DNA of 64,000 bases from an uncultured Ramlibacter sp. GTDB taxonomy: Bacteria > Pseudomonadota > Gammaproteobacteria > Burkholderiales > Burkholderiaceae_C. Positions 31,764-41,107 of this stretch are shown piece after piece (the first letter of the stretch is position 1; every line of letters begins with the position of its first letter). The position numbers were made by a program, and so were the translations under genes. The notes under the pieces were generated by a model. The model had not been told where the DNA came from, ran no database searches, and worked only from the letters and a program-made list of their open reading frames with translations. The stretch covers positions 8,859-72,858 of the forward strand of contig NZ_CAKZHQ010000043.1 of NCBI RefSeq assembly GCF_936925435.1, in the 5' to 3' direction.

Positions 31764-32080
31764 GTGACGGACAAATCCACGCGCTCGGTCTGGGCGAAGC
31801 CGTTGTCGCCCTGCCACTCGAACTCCAGCGTGCCGGAGTCGGTCGCCAGCAGGTGGAACTGCAGGTAGGGATTGGCCGACACGGCGGAGAACAGTTCGGC
31901 CGTGAACACCGTCTCGCCGTTGTAGCGGCAGGCAAAGCGCTGGATGATGTCGCGCGGCTGCACCTTGCCCTCGGCGTTGGGCCGGAAACCCGTCTCCATG
32001 GGATGGGCGATGGTGGCGCGGATCTCCACCACCTCGCCCCGGCGCGCGGTCTTGGGGACGCTCAGCAGGGTGCGGGCCAT
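31760..32080 (-). CDS. soxZ: SoxZ-like carrier complex protein
   Basis: IAHPMETG, VSANPY and W.GD.G motifs; no signal peptide. Confidence 0.9.
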   Translation of the reverse strand: MARTLLSVPKTARRGEVVEIRATIAHPMETGFRPNAEGKVQPRDIIQRFACRYNGETVFTAELFSAVSANPYLQFHLLATDSGTLEFEWQGDNGFAQTERVDLSVT

Positions 32081-32544
32081 CAGGGATCGCCCTCGATGCA
32101 GGCCGCCAGCACCACCACCACATCCATGCTGTCCGACCAGAAGCTGCCATCGCTCATGCGGGCGACGGCCACCAGCTTCTGGCTGGTCGCCAGGCGGACG
32201 CGGGTGGCCACCGCCGCCTTGCCGGCGCGCGGGCCCAGCGTGAACTTCGCCACCTCGCGCTGCGGGTTGCGCTCGTTGTAGATGGCGATCGCTGCCACAT
32301 GGTCGGCCGCTGTCATCGGGCTGTCGACGCTCACGCTGACCGGCACCACGTTGCCGTTGTCCACCAGTTTGGCGACCTCGAGTCTGACGCGGCCGCGCTG
32401 GATGAGGGCGCCGCCGGAATACGCTGCAAGCGCGGCGGCGAGCTCGGGCGCATCCTGGCTGCGCGCCGGCGTTGCCAGCACCATGGCGGTGCCCCAGGCC
32501 AGCAGCTCGCGGCGGCGGGTCAAGAGCGGTCTGGAGGCTGCCAT
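32080..32544 (-). CDS. SoxY-related carrier protein with AACIE arm
   Basis: TRRRELL Tat-like signal; NGNVVPV, NP, TRVRL; C-terminus VVVLAACIEGDP instead of GGCGG. Confidence 0.88.
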   Translation of the reverse strand: MAASRPLLTRRRELLAWGTAMVLATPARSQDAPELAAALAAYSGGALIQRGRVRLEVAKLVDNGNVVPVSVSVDSPMTAADHVAAIAIYNERNPQREVAKFTLGPRAGKAAVATRVRLATSQKLVAVARMSDGSFWSDSMDVVVVLAACIEGDP

Positions 32545-32546
32545 GG

Positions 32547-32978
32547 CTAGCGCAGCGTGACCAGGTAGGCCACGACGTCTTCCACCTGCTGGGCGCTGAA
32601 CACAGGCTTGCCCTGCCAGGCCGTGCCGACGCGCGTCAGGCCGTCCGTGCGGTGGTAGGCCGGCATGATGGATTGCGGATGGAGCAGGCGCGCATCCACC
32701 AGGCGCAGGCGCAGCTGGCCCGCGCTCCAGCGTGCGCCCGTGCCGGCCAGGTCCGGCGCCAGATTGCCCTGGAAGCGTTCTTCGGGGATGGGCGCTGTAT
32801 GGCACAGCAGGCACAGGCCGAGCTGGCGGTTGGCGACGATGGCGCGGCCGCGGGCCGCGTCGCCCACCGCAGCGGCCAGCGGCTGGGCTATGGCATCGCC
32901 GGTCACGCTGTACGTGGCCAGGACCTGGGCCTTCGCGCCCAGCGATGCAAGCAGGAGGGCCAGCGCCACCAACTGCAT
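32547..32978 (-). CDS. soxX: SoxX-like monoheme cytochrome c
   Basis: GDAARGRAIV, CLLCH, GNLAPDL and SIMPAY motifs; signal peptide. Confidence 0.88.
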   Translation of the reverse strand: MQLVALALLLASLGAKAQVLATYSVTGDAIAQPLAAAVGDAARGRAIVANRQLGLCLLCHTAPIPEERFQGNLAPDLAGTGARWSAGQLRLRLVDARLLHPQSIMPAYHRTDGLTRVGTAWQGKPVFSAQQVEDVVAYLVTLR

Positions 32979-32988
32979 GGCGCGGTGC

Positions 32989-35175
32989 TCAGGCCCGCTT
33001 GAGGCTGTGGTTCTTCAGCGGCAGGTCGCGGATGCGCTTGCCGGTGGCCGCATAGACCGCGTTGAGCACGGCTGGCGCCGCCACCGCGATGGTCGGCTCG
33101 CCGACACCGCCCCAGAAGCCGCCGCTGGCGACGATCACCGTCTCCACCGCCGGCATGTGCTGCATCTGGACCACAGGGTAGGTGCTGAAGTTGTCCTGCT
33201 CCATGCGGCCGTCCTTGAGCGTGCATTCGCCGAACAGCGCCGCCGACAGGCCGTAGGCGAACGAGCCCTCGACCTGGGCTTCGATCTGCTGCGGGTTGAC
33301 CGCATGGCCGCAGTCGGTGGCCGCGACGATGCGGTGCACCTTGAGCTCGCCCTCGGCGTTGACCGAAACTTCGGCACAGGCCGCCACATAGCTGCCAAAG
33401 CCCATGGTCTGGGCCAGGCCGCGAAACACCTTCTGGCCGCCCACGTCGGGTGGCGGCGTGCCCCATTTGACGCGCTCGGCCACGGCATTGAGCACGGCCA
33501 GGTGCTTGGGATGGCTGGCCATCAGCTTGCGGCGCAGGGCCAGCGGGTCCTGTTTGGTCTCGACCGCGATCTCGTCGATGAAGGACTCCAGGTAGATCGC
33601 GTTCTGGTTCAGGTTGACGCCGCGCCAGAAGCCCGGCGGCACCGGCGGGTTGCGCATTGCATGGTCGATCAGCAGGTTGGGAAAGCTGTAGCCAATGGAG
33701 GCTTCGGGTCCCGGCGCGTTCAGGCCCTGGAAGACCACCGGATCGCGCCCGCCCTGCAAGGCCTGGGTCGAGATGCCGGCCAGGATGGACTGGCCCGAGA
33801 TGCGCATGTGCAGGGCCGTGATGTTGCCCTGGGCATCGAGCCCGGCCTGCATGCGGCACTGCGTGACCGGGTGGAAGCGGCCGTGCAGCATGTCTTCTTC
33901 GCGGCTCCACAGCAGCTTGACCGGCACGCCGGGCATCTGCTTGGCGATGTCCACCGCCTGGCGCACCCAGTCGTGCACCGCGCCGCGCCGGCCGAAGCCG
34001 CCGCCCAGGTGCAGCTTGTAGACCTCGCACTGGGCCGCCGGCAGGCCCGAGGCCTCCGAGGTGGCGGCCAGGGCCGCTTCCCCGTTTTGGGTGGGTGTCC
34101 AGACCTCGCAGCGCTGGGGCGTCCAGCGCGCCGTGGCGTTCATGGGCTCCATGGTCGCGTGGTTCTGGTGCGGGTAGGAGTAGAAAGCCTCGATGCGGCG
34201 CGGGGCTGAGGCCAGGGCGGCTCTGGCGTCACCGTTCTGGTTGCCGACCACGGCGTCAGTGGCGTCAAAGCCGGCCCGCAGGGTCTTGGCCACGTCGACG
34301 CTGGACAGGCCGGCGTTCGGGCCGTTGTCCCATTCGATGGGCAGGGCGTCCAGCGCCGTCTTGGCGCGCCACCAAGTGTCGGCGATGACGGCCACGGCCG
34401 AATCGCCGACCCGCACCACCTTCTTGATGCCGGGGCGCTTCTCGATCGCGGCGGCATTGAAGCTTTTGAGCTTGCCGCCAAAGACCGGGCAGTCCTTGAT
34501 GGCGGCATTGAGCAGGCCGGGCAGCTTGAGGTCGGCGCCATAGACCTGCTTGCCGGTGACCTTCTCGACCGTGTCCAGCCGCGCCATGCGCTTGCCCACC
34601 AGCTTCCAGTCTTTCGGGTCCTTGAGCGCCACATCGGTGGGCACGGCCAGCTTGCCGGCGGCATCGGCCACCTGGCCGTAGCGCAGCGTGCGGCCGCTGG
34701 GCACATGGGTGATGACGCTGTTGGCGGCGCGGCAGTCCGCCGCCGGCACGCTCCATTGCGTGGCCGCGGCCTGGACCAGCATGGTGCGGGCGGCCGCGCC
34801 GCCCTTGCGCACGTAGTCGTGCGACTCGCGGATGCCGCGGCTGCCGCCGGTGGAGAAGTTGCCCCAGGCCCGGTTGCGCGCCAGGTTCTGGCCGGGTGTC
34901 GGGTATTCGGTCGTCACCTTGGCCCAGTTGCACTCGAGTTCTTCGGCCACCAACTGGGCCAGACCGGTCAGGCTGCCCTGGCCCATCTCGGAGCGGGCGA
35001 TGCGGATCACCACGGTGTCGTCGGGCCGCACCACGACCCAGGCATTGATTTCAGGGGCGGCCGCGCCTTGCGCCGCCGCCTCACCGGCCAAGGGGATGTG
35101 GAAGGCCACGACCAGCCCGCTGGCAGCGGACGCCTGTAAGAAGCCGCGGCGGCGCAGCGATGCCTGGGCGCTCAT
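32989..35175 (-). CDS. Xanthine dehydrogenase-family molybdopterin subunit (IorB-like), Tat-exported
   Basis: LRRRGFL signal; EMGQG, TGGS, HATMEP, GGGFGRR, WRGV and GGVGEP motifs. Confidence 0.93.
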   Translation of the reverse strand: MSAQASLRRRGFLQASAASGLVVAFHIPLAGEAAAQGAAAPEINAWVVVRPDDTVVIRIARSEMGQGSLTGLAQLVAEELECNWAKVTTEYPTPGQNLARNRAWGNFSTGGSRGIRESHDYVRKGGAAARTMLVQAAATQWSVPAADCRAANSVITHVPSGRTLRYGQVADAAGKLAVPTDVALKDPKDWKLVGKRMARLDTVEKVTGKQVYGADLKLPGLLNAAIKDCPVFGGKLKSFNAAAIEKRPGIKKVVRVGDSAVAVIADTWWRAKTALDALPIEWDNGPNAGLSSVDVAKTLRAGFDATDAVVGNQNGDARAALASAPRRIEAFYSYPHQNHATMEPMNATARWTPQRCEVWTPTQNGEAALAATSEASGLPAAQCEVYKLHLGGGFGRRGAVHDWVRQAVDIAKQMPGVPVKLLWSREEDMLHGRFHPVTQCRMQAGLDAQGNITALHMRISGQSILAGISTQALQGGRDPVVFQGLNAPGPEASIGYSFPNLLIDHAMRNPPVPPGFWRGVNLNQNAIYLESFIDEIAVETKQDPLALRRKLMASHPKHLAVLNAVAERVKWGTPPPDVGGQKVFRGLAQTMGFGSYVAACAEVSVNAEGELKVHRIVAATDCGHAVNPQQIEAQVEGSFAYGLSAALFGECTLKDGRMEQDNFSTYPVVQMQHMPAVETVIVASGGFWGGVGEPTIAVAAPAVLNAVYAATGKRIRDLPLKNHSLKRA

Positions 35176-35675
35176 GTCGTGCTCCCGTCGGCGTGCTGGA
35201 TGGCCAGGGCGGCGCTTTTGGTGTTGCCGCCACGGGCCACGACCTTGATGGCGGCGCGGATGCGGTTGTAGGTGCCGCAGCGGCAGATGTTGGTCATCGC
35301 CTCGTTGATGTCGGCGTCGCTGGGATTGGGCTTGTCGCGCAGCAGGGCGACGGCCGTCATGATCATGCCGCACTGGCAGTAGCCGCACTGCGGCACGTCC
35401 AGCTGGGCCCAGGCCTTTTGCACCGGGTGCGAGCCGTCGGGCGAGAGCCCCTCAATGGTGACGATCTTCTCGGCGGCGCCGACCGTGGACACCGGCCGCA
35501 CGCAGCTGCGGGTGGGGACGCCGTTGATGTGCACAGTGCAGGCGCCGCAGGCGGCGATGCCGCAGCCGTACTTGGTGCCCGTCAGGCCCAGCTGCTCGCG
35601 CAGCACCCACAGCAGGGGCGTGTCCTGCTCCGCCTCGAAATCGCGCACCGCGCCGTTGACGTTGAGTTTCGCCAT
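35172..35675 (-). CDS. 2x[2Fe-2S] small subunit (IorA/CoxS-like)
   Basis: [29 protein letters not shown]. Confidence 0.94.
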   Translation of the reverse strand: MAKLNVNGAVRDFEAEQDTPLLWVLREQLGLTGTKYGCGIAACGACTVHINGVPTRSCVRPVSTVGAAEKIVTIEGLSPDGSHPVQKAWAQLDVPQCGYCQCGMIMTAVALLRDKPNPSDADINEAMTNICRCGTYNRIRAAIKVVARGGNTKSAALAIQHADGSTT

Positions 35676-35778
35676 GCATTGCTCCCGTGGGTGAGAAGAC
35701 TGGACGCGCGGATATTACGCCGCGCGTTGCGCTCTGACCATGGGAACAACGAGAAGGGCGGCGCGCTGCGCCGGCCGC

Positions 35779-36345
35779 TCACCTGGTGGCGGCAGTGTCC
35801 TGAGAGGCGTTCACGCGCCGGGCGCCGTCGAAGCGGCGCGCCCAGTAGGCCACGCCCATGTCCTCGACGCGGACCTGGGCACCGGGCTTGGGCGAGTGGA
35901 TGAATTTGCCGTCACCGACATAGATGCCGACATGGCTGAAGGTCTGGCGCATGGTGTTGAAGAACACCAGGTCGCCCGGCTGCAGGTCCTGCTTGTCGAT
36001 CTTCTGGGTGGCGGCTGCCTGCTCGTTGGCGCGGCGCGGCAGGATCAGGCCCACGGTCTGCTCGTACATGGCGCGCACGAAGCCGCTGCAGTCGAAGCCG
36101 GTGTCGGCCGAGCTGCCGCCGCGGCGGTAAGGCACGCCCAGGAAGCCCATCGCATTGAAGACCAGGTCGGAGGCGCTGTCGCGGGCGGCGATGGCGCCGA
36201 CTTTGACGCTGTTGCCCACCAGTTCCAGCCGGGTCAGCAGGCCTTTTTCCGCCATCAGGCGGCCCAGATCGTCCTCAGCCGTGGCGGGCGCAGCCTGCGC
36301 GGTAGCGCAGGTGAGGGTGATGACAAGGCAGAGCCAGCGGGACAT
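35779..36345 (-). CDS. NlpC/P60 (C40) peptidoglycan endopeptidase
   Basis: GVPYRRGG, GFDCSG, PGDLVFF, HVGIY and FIH motifs. Confidence 0.93.
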   Translation of the reverse strand: MSRWLCLVITLTCATAQAAPATAEDDLGRLMAEKGLLTRLELVGNSVKVGAIAARDSASDLVFNAMGFLGVPYRRGGSSADTGFDCSGFVRAMYEQTVGLILPRRANEQAAATQKIDKQDLQPGDLVFFNTMRQTFSHVGIYVGDGKFIHSPKPGAQVRVEDMGVAYWARRFDGARRVNASQDTAATR

Positions 36346-36353
36346 GGGGCGCG

Positions 36354-36400
36354 AGCTTACCCTGTCTGAACCGGAGAAGTCAAGTTAGGTAATTTACCTA
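36354..36400 (-). promoter_or_regulatory. Candidate NlpC/P60 promoter with upstream palindrome
   Basis: Minus strand TTGACT-N18-TAAGCT; perfect TAGGTAA-T-TTACCTA at 36386-36400. Confidence 0.55.
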
Positions 36401-36503
36401 TGTCTTTGATTTATATAGTAATCATGGCGCATCCTGTAAAGCTGGGCCTGCAGCCGCCAGGTTTTACGGGAAGAATGGGTCTGGTTCAAGCCAAGGAATC
36501 CGC

Positions 36504-37604
36504 GTGAAAAACTTGCTGTTTGCGGCCGCTGTCTGCCTGTCGGCATGGGCCGCGCCTGCCGCCGCCCAGGACTGGAAGGTCCAGGAAGTGGCCGGTGCAC
36601 TGGAGCATCCCTGGGCCCTGGCTTTCCTGTCCGAGGGCAGGTTCCTGGTGACCGAGCGGCCCGGCCGCATGCGCGTGATCGAAGCCGACGGCAAGCTGGG
36701 CCCGCCGCTGGCCGGCCTGCCCCAGGTGGCGGCGGGCGGGCAGGGTGGCCTGCTGGACCTGGTGGCCGATTCGGCCGTTGCCCGCAACAGCACGGTCTAT
36801 TTCTGCTTCTCCGAACCGGGGGCCGGCGGCAACGGCACGGCCCTGGCCCGGGCCCGGCTGGCGGCCGACCGCAGCCGGCTGGAGGATGTCAAAGTGCTGT
36901 TCCGCCAGCAGCCCAAGGTGGCGAGCAGCCTGCATTTCGGTTGCCGCATCGTTGAGGCGGCCGACGGCAGCCTGTTCCTTACCCTGGGCGAGCGCTACAG
37001 CCGGATGCAGGACGCGCAAAAGCTGGACAACCACCTGGGCAAGGTCGTGCGGCTGGACAAGGAAGGGGCGCCGGCGCGCGGCAATCCCTTCGAGGGCCGC
37101 TCCGGTGCACTGCCGGAAATCTGGAGCCTGGGCCACCGCAACCCGCAGGGCGCAGCGCTGGCGCCCGACGGCAGGTTCTGGATCCATGAGCACGGTCCGC
37201 AGGGCGGCGACGAGATCAACCTGTCGCAGGCCGGCCGCAACTACGGCTGGCCCCTGGCCACCTTCGGCGAGAACTATGGCGGCGGCAAGATCGGCGCGGG
37301 CCTGAGCGCGCACCCCGGCACGGAGCCACCGCTGCACTACTGGGTGCCGTCGATCGCGCCGTCGGGCATGGCCTTTCTCACCAGCGAGCGTTACGGCCCG
37401 GCCATGAAGGGCAACCTGTTCGTGGGTTCCCTCAAGTTTGGCTACCTGGCCCGCATCGAGCTGGCTGGCGCCAAGGTGCTGCGCGAACACAAACTGCTGG
37501 AAGGGCAGGGCCGCATCCGCGACGTGCGCCAGGGGCCCGACGGCCTGCTCTATGTGCTGACCGACAGCGACAAGGGCCGGCTGCTGCGCCTGCTGCCGCC
37601 CTGA
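36504..37604 (+). CDS. PQQ-dependent sugar dehydrogenase (GSDH/YliI family)
   Basis: HPWALAF, GQGGLLD, HFGCRI, GHRNPQG, GGDEIN and NYGWP motifs. Confidence 0.92.
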   Translation: MKNLLFAAAVCLSAWAAPAAAQDWKVQEVAGALEHPWALAFLSEGRFLVTERPGRMRVIEADGKLGPPLAGLPQVAAGGQGGLLDLVADSAVARNSTVYFCFSEPGAGGNGTALARARLAADRSRLEDVKVLFRQQPKVASSLHFGCRIVEAADGSLFLTLGERYSRMQDAQKLDNHLGKVVRLDKEGAPARGNPFEGRSGALPEIWSLGHRNPQGAALAPDGRFWIHEHGPQGGDEINLSQAGRNYGWPLATFGENYGGGKIGAGLSAHPGTEPPLHYWVPSIAPSGMAFLTSERYGPAMKGNLFVGSLKFGYLARIELAGAKVLREHKLLEGQGRIRDVRQGPDGLLYVLTDSDKGRLLRLLPP

Positions 37605-37613
37605 AGGCCGGGC

Positions 37614-38261
37614 TCAGGGTTTGATCAGGCCCTTGCGCACCGCGTAGAGGGTCAGGCTGGCGATGTCGTTCAGGCGCAGCCGCTCCATGATGCGGGCCCG
37701 GTGCACGTCCACCGTCTTGGGCGACAGGCCCAGCTCGAACGCGATCTCCTTGGAAGCGCGGCCCTGGGCGATCAGCTTGAGGATTTCCACTTGGCGGTGG
37801 GTCAGCTCGTCGTCCGCCGTGGGCTCGGAGGGCTGCAGCAGGCGCTGGGCGATCGCCGGGCTGAAATAGCTTCCGGTGGCCATCACGCTGCGCACCGCCT
37901 GCTCCAGCTCGAAGGGCGGCGCATCCTTCATCAGGTAGCCGCAGGCACCGTTGGCCACTGCGCGCTTGACGAAGTCGACGGTGTCGTACATGGACAACAC
38001 CAGCAGGTGCACCTTGGGGTGGCTGGCGTGGATCTGGGAGATCGCGGTGATGCCATCCATGCCAGGCATGGAGATGTCGGTCATCACCACGTCGGGCTTG
38101 AGGCTGTCGACCAGGGTGATCAGTTCCTTGCCGTCGCGCGCTTCGGCGATCACCTCCACGCCGGCCACGAGGGACAGCAAGGCCTTGATTCCTGAGCGCA
38201 CGAGATCGTGGTCATCGGCAAGCACCACACGGATGGGCTGTGGTGCGCTGGTGTTTTTCAT
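37614..38261 (-). CDS. NarL/LuxR-family response regulator
   Basis: LADDH, DISMP, YLMKD and KTVDVHR motifs. Confidence 0.93.
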   Translation of the reverse strand: MKNTSAPQPIRVVLADDHDLVRSGIKALLSLVAGVEVIAEARDGKELITLVDSLKPDVVMTDISMPGMDGITAISQIHASHPKVHLLVLSMYDTVDFVKRAVANGACGYLMKDAPPFELEQAVRSVMATGSYFSPAIAQRLLQPSEPTADDELTHRQVEILKLIAQGRASKEIAFELGLSPKTVDVHRARIMERLRLNDIASLTLYAVRKGLIKP

Positions 38262-38285
38262 GGTCTTTCCTTGGACGCCTGAAGC

Positions 38286-39386
38286 CTATAGCACTGCGCG
38301 GATCGCGACTCCGACACCGGGCCGGGTGCGGATGTGAAGACGCCCGCCCGCCAGCTCGGTGCGCTCGATCATGCCGTGCAGTCCCACATTGTGTTCGCTG
38401 GTGGGGCCGGACAGCACATCTTGCTTGTCGAAACCGACGCCGTCGTCCACCACCAGCATGCCGATGGCGCCGCCGGGCAGGAAGCGCAGGCGCACCACGA
38501 CATGTGTAGCCTGGGCGTGCCGCACGATGTTGTTGAGAGCCTCCTGCACCAGCCGGACGGCCACCGAGGCGGTCTCGCCCAGGACGGCGGGCTCCTTGCC
38601 GCGCGAGGTGACGGTGTAGGCCAAGCCGGCCGGCTCGCCGATGCGCTGGACGGCTGATTGGACGGCCGCCACCAGGCCCAGCAGGTCCAACTGGGCAGGC
38701 CGCAACGAGAACGACAGGGTCTTGAGCTGCTTGACGGCGCCCTGCGCCATCTCCATCGCGGTCTCGGTGTGCAGCTTGGCGGCGTCCTCGCTGGGCGCGC
38801 GTTTGGCCGCGTGCAGGTGGATCACCATGCCGGTGAGGGTCTGGCCCAGCTGGTCGTGCAGCTCGCGCGAAATCAGGGTGCGTTCGCGCTCTTGCGCCAC
38901 CACCAGCTTGGCCGACAGCCGCTTCAGGCGCCGGTAGGCGGCATCGAGCTCCTGGGCCAGCCGTTCCTGTTCGAGCACGCGCCGGCGCTCGGCGATCACC
39001 CGCTCGATGATTTGCGGCAGTGTGCCCAGCTTGTCCTTGGTCAGGTAGTCCTTGGCGCCGCAGCGCAGCACGTGGACCGCCGCTTCCTCGCCGATGGCCC
39101 GGGTTACCACCACCAGCGGCGTGCTGCAGCGCCGCGCCAGCAGGATCTGCAGGGCTGCATACGGCGAGAAGCGCGGCATGTTGAAGTCGCACAGGATGAC
39201 GTCGAACTCCTGGCTCTGGGCCAGGGCTTCGGTGAAGCCGCCGGCGTCGTCCACGCGGTGCAGCAGGTACTTGCGCTGCGGATCGGCCCGCTCCAGCGCC
39301 AGGGCCATCAGTTCGACGTCGTCCGGGTTGTCCTCCACGCACAGCAGCCTGACGTCGGTGGTTTCGGGGGATGCGTCGTTCGGCAT
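38286..39386 (-). CDS. Cytoplasmic REC-HisKA_3-HATPase histidine kinase
   Basis: N-terminal VEDN..CDFNMP receiver; ISRELHD; QEALNNIVRHA; DDGVGF. Confidence 0.9.
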   Translation of the reverse strand: MPNDASPETTDVRLLCVEDNPDDVELMALALERADPQRKYLLHRVDDAGGFTEALAQSQEFDVILCDFNMPRFSPYAALQILLARRCSTPLVVVTRAIGEEAAVHVLRCGAKDYLTKDKLGTLPQIIERVIAERRRVLEQERLAQELDAAYRRLKRLSAKLVVAQERERTLISRELHDQLGQTLTGMVIHLHAAKRAPSEDAAKLHTETAMEMAQGAVKQLKTLSFSLRPAQLDLLGLVAAVQSAVQRIGEPAGLAYTVTSRGKEPAVLGETASVAVRLVQEALNNIVRHAQATHVVVRLRFLPGGAIGMLVVDDGVGFDKQDVLSGPTSEHNVGLHGMIERTELAGGRLHIRTRPGVGVAIRAVL

Positions 39387-39584
39387 TGTTGAGCAGGCGG
39401 TATTGCGGCGAGTTTACCGCGCGGGTTGCGCTTGCAAACCCTGTTGGCGCCGGCCTGCGCGTCCGCCCCAGATACGCCAGCTTAGGAATTTGCCCTAAAC
39501 CGTCCGCGCCAATCGCCTAAGGGCCCGGTTGCACCCAATGGTTTCATCGTTGCAGACGAAGTTGACCATGCAGGAGAGACCCCA

Positions 39585-40391
39585 ATGACCCCCGTTCCCG
39601 GCGCTGCCATCACTGCCCTGCCGGGCGCTCTGCGCCCCCGTGGCTTTGCCCATGGCTGGCTGGACCAGACCGGCTGGCCCGCGCTGGCCATGGCGGCGGC
39701 CTTTGCCACCCTGTTTGCCCTGTCCCTGTACATCCTGGGTGGCATGGCCCCGGCTGAATTGCTGGCGCCCGGCGCCCTGGTGTCCAGCCTGCTGGGCCTG
39801 CTGGCCCTGAAGTCCGGCGGCGTGGTGCTGCGCCGTTCGCTGGCAGCTTCGCGTGGTCTGCTCGACTCCGCAACCGGCCTGTACAGCCAGTCCGGCTTTG
39901 CCCGGGAAAGCGCTGTCCTGCTGGAACGCGCCCGCCGCAGCGGCCGCACGCTGAGCGTGGTGGTCTTCGAATTTGACGACTTGCTGGAAGTCCATAGCAT
40001 CTACGGCGCCGCGGTCAGCCGCACCCTGCTGGGCCAGGTGGCCCGCCAGCTGGAAGCTGTCGCCGGTGGCTATGGTGTGGCGGCCCGCACCGGCAGGACC
40101 CAGTTCAGCCTGGCGCTGCCCGGCCTGAACCGCGACCAGGCGCGCGCCGCGGTGGAAAGCGTGTTCGGCCAGGCCTGCTGCATCGAGTTCGATGCCGACG
40201 ACGACGAGATCATGCTGGTGCCCGAGGTGCTGGTCGACGCCATGCCGGACGAGGCCGGGTCCGTCACAGCCTTCCAGCAGCAACTGGTCGCCGACCTGGC
40301 CCGGCTGCGCGCGGAAGAGCAACGCCGCGTCCTGTACCTGCAGCGCGAGCGCGAGAGCCATTCCCGTCCGATGAGCCTGGCTGCCCATTGA
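39585..40391 (+). CDS. Membrane-anchored degenerate GGDEF-domain protein
   Basis: Two hydrophobic helices; DSATGLY; VVFEFDD; signature position reads ARTGRTQF. Confidence 0.75.
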   Translation: MTPVPGAAITALPGALRPRGFAHGWLDQTGWPALAMAAAFATLFALSLYILGGMAPAELLAPGALVSSLLGLLALKSGGVVLRRSLAASRGLLDSATGLYSQSGFARESAVLLERARRSGRTLSVVVFEFDDLLEVHSIYGAAVSRTLLGQVARQLEAVAGGYGVAARTGRTQFSLALPGLNRDQARAAVESVFGQACCIEFDADDDEIMLVPEVLVDAMPDEAGSVTAFQQQLVADLARLRAEEQRRVLYLQRERESHSRPMSLAAH

Positions 40392-40472
40392 GCACCCACT
40401 GAGCGCCGCTGGGCCGCGTCCTGGGGGTCGACTCTCAGGGCTGGAATAATCGGGTCTTCCAAGGAATGCCCG

Positions 40473-41081
40473 ATGCTGCTTGACCCCGACGATTCCCAAC
40501 TGCTGCTGGTGGACTACCAGAGCGCCCTGATGCCGGCCATCCACGAGTCCGGCGCCGTGCTGGCCAATGCGCTGCGCCTGGCCCGCATGGCCCGCCTGTT
40601 CGATATTCCCTCCTGGGGCACCGAGGAGAACCCGCAAGGCCTGGGCGAGACCGTGCCCGAGCTGCGCCCGCTGCTGGACAAGGTGGTGGGCAAGCTGCAT
40701 TTCAGCGCCTGCGCCGAGGGTCTGGCCGAGCGCCTGCGGCCGCCGGCCCGCCCGGCCCAGGGCGGCAACGCCCGCAGCCTGCCCAAGCACCTGCAAAAGG
40801 CCGCGCCAGCGCCTGCCGAGAGCCGCAACACCGTGGTGGTGGCTGGCTGCGAGGCCCATGTCTGCCTGCTGCAGACGGCGTTGGACCTGCTGGACGAGGA
40901 GTTCGAGGTTTGGGTCGTCACCGACGCCTGCGGCTCGCGCAGCGAGCGCAACCGCGACGCCGCCTTCGACCGCCTGGCCGGTGCCGGCGCCGAGCTGGTG
41001 ACCACCGAGATGGTGGCCTTTGAATGGCTGCGTACTGCGGAACACCCGCTGTTCAAGGAGGTCCTCGCGCTGGTCAAATAG
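40473..41081 (+). CDS. Isochorismatase-family hydrolase
   Basis: VDYQ, K..FS and GCEAHVC catalytic triad; DACGSR. Confidence 0.9.
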   Translation: MLLDPDDSQLLLVDYQSALMPAIHESGAVLANALRLARMARLFDIPSWGTEENPQGLGETVPELRPLLDKVVGKLHFSACAEGLAERLRPPARPAQGGNARSLPKHLQKAAPAPAESRNTVVVAGCEAHVCLLQTALDLLDEEFEVWVVTDACGSRSERNRDAAFDRLAGAGAELVTTEMVAFEWLRTAEHPLFKEVLALVK

Positions 41082-41107
41082 CGTGGTCGCCAACCCTGGA
41101 GGCCCGA

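Noticed and set aside
30978..32978. Calling this a complete thiosulfate-oxidising Sox system
   Set aside because: soxB, soxC and soxD are absent from the window and SoxY lacks the GGCGG arm.
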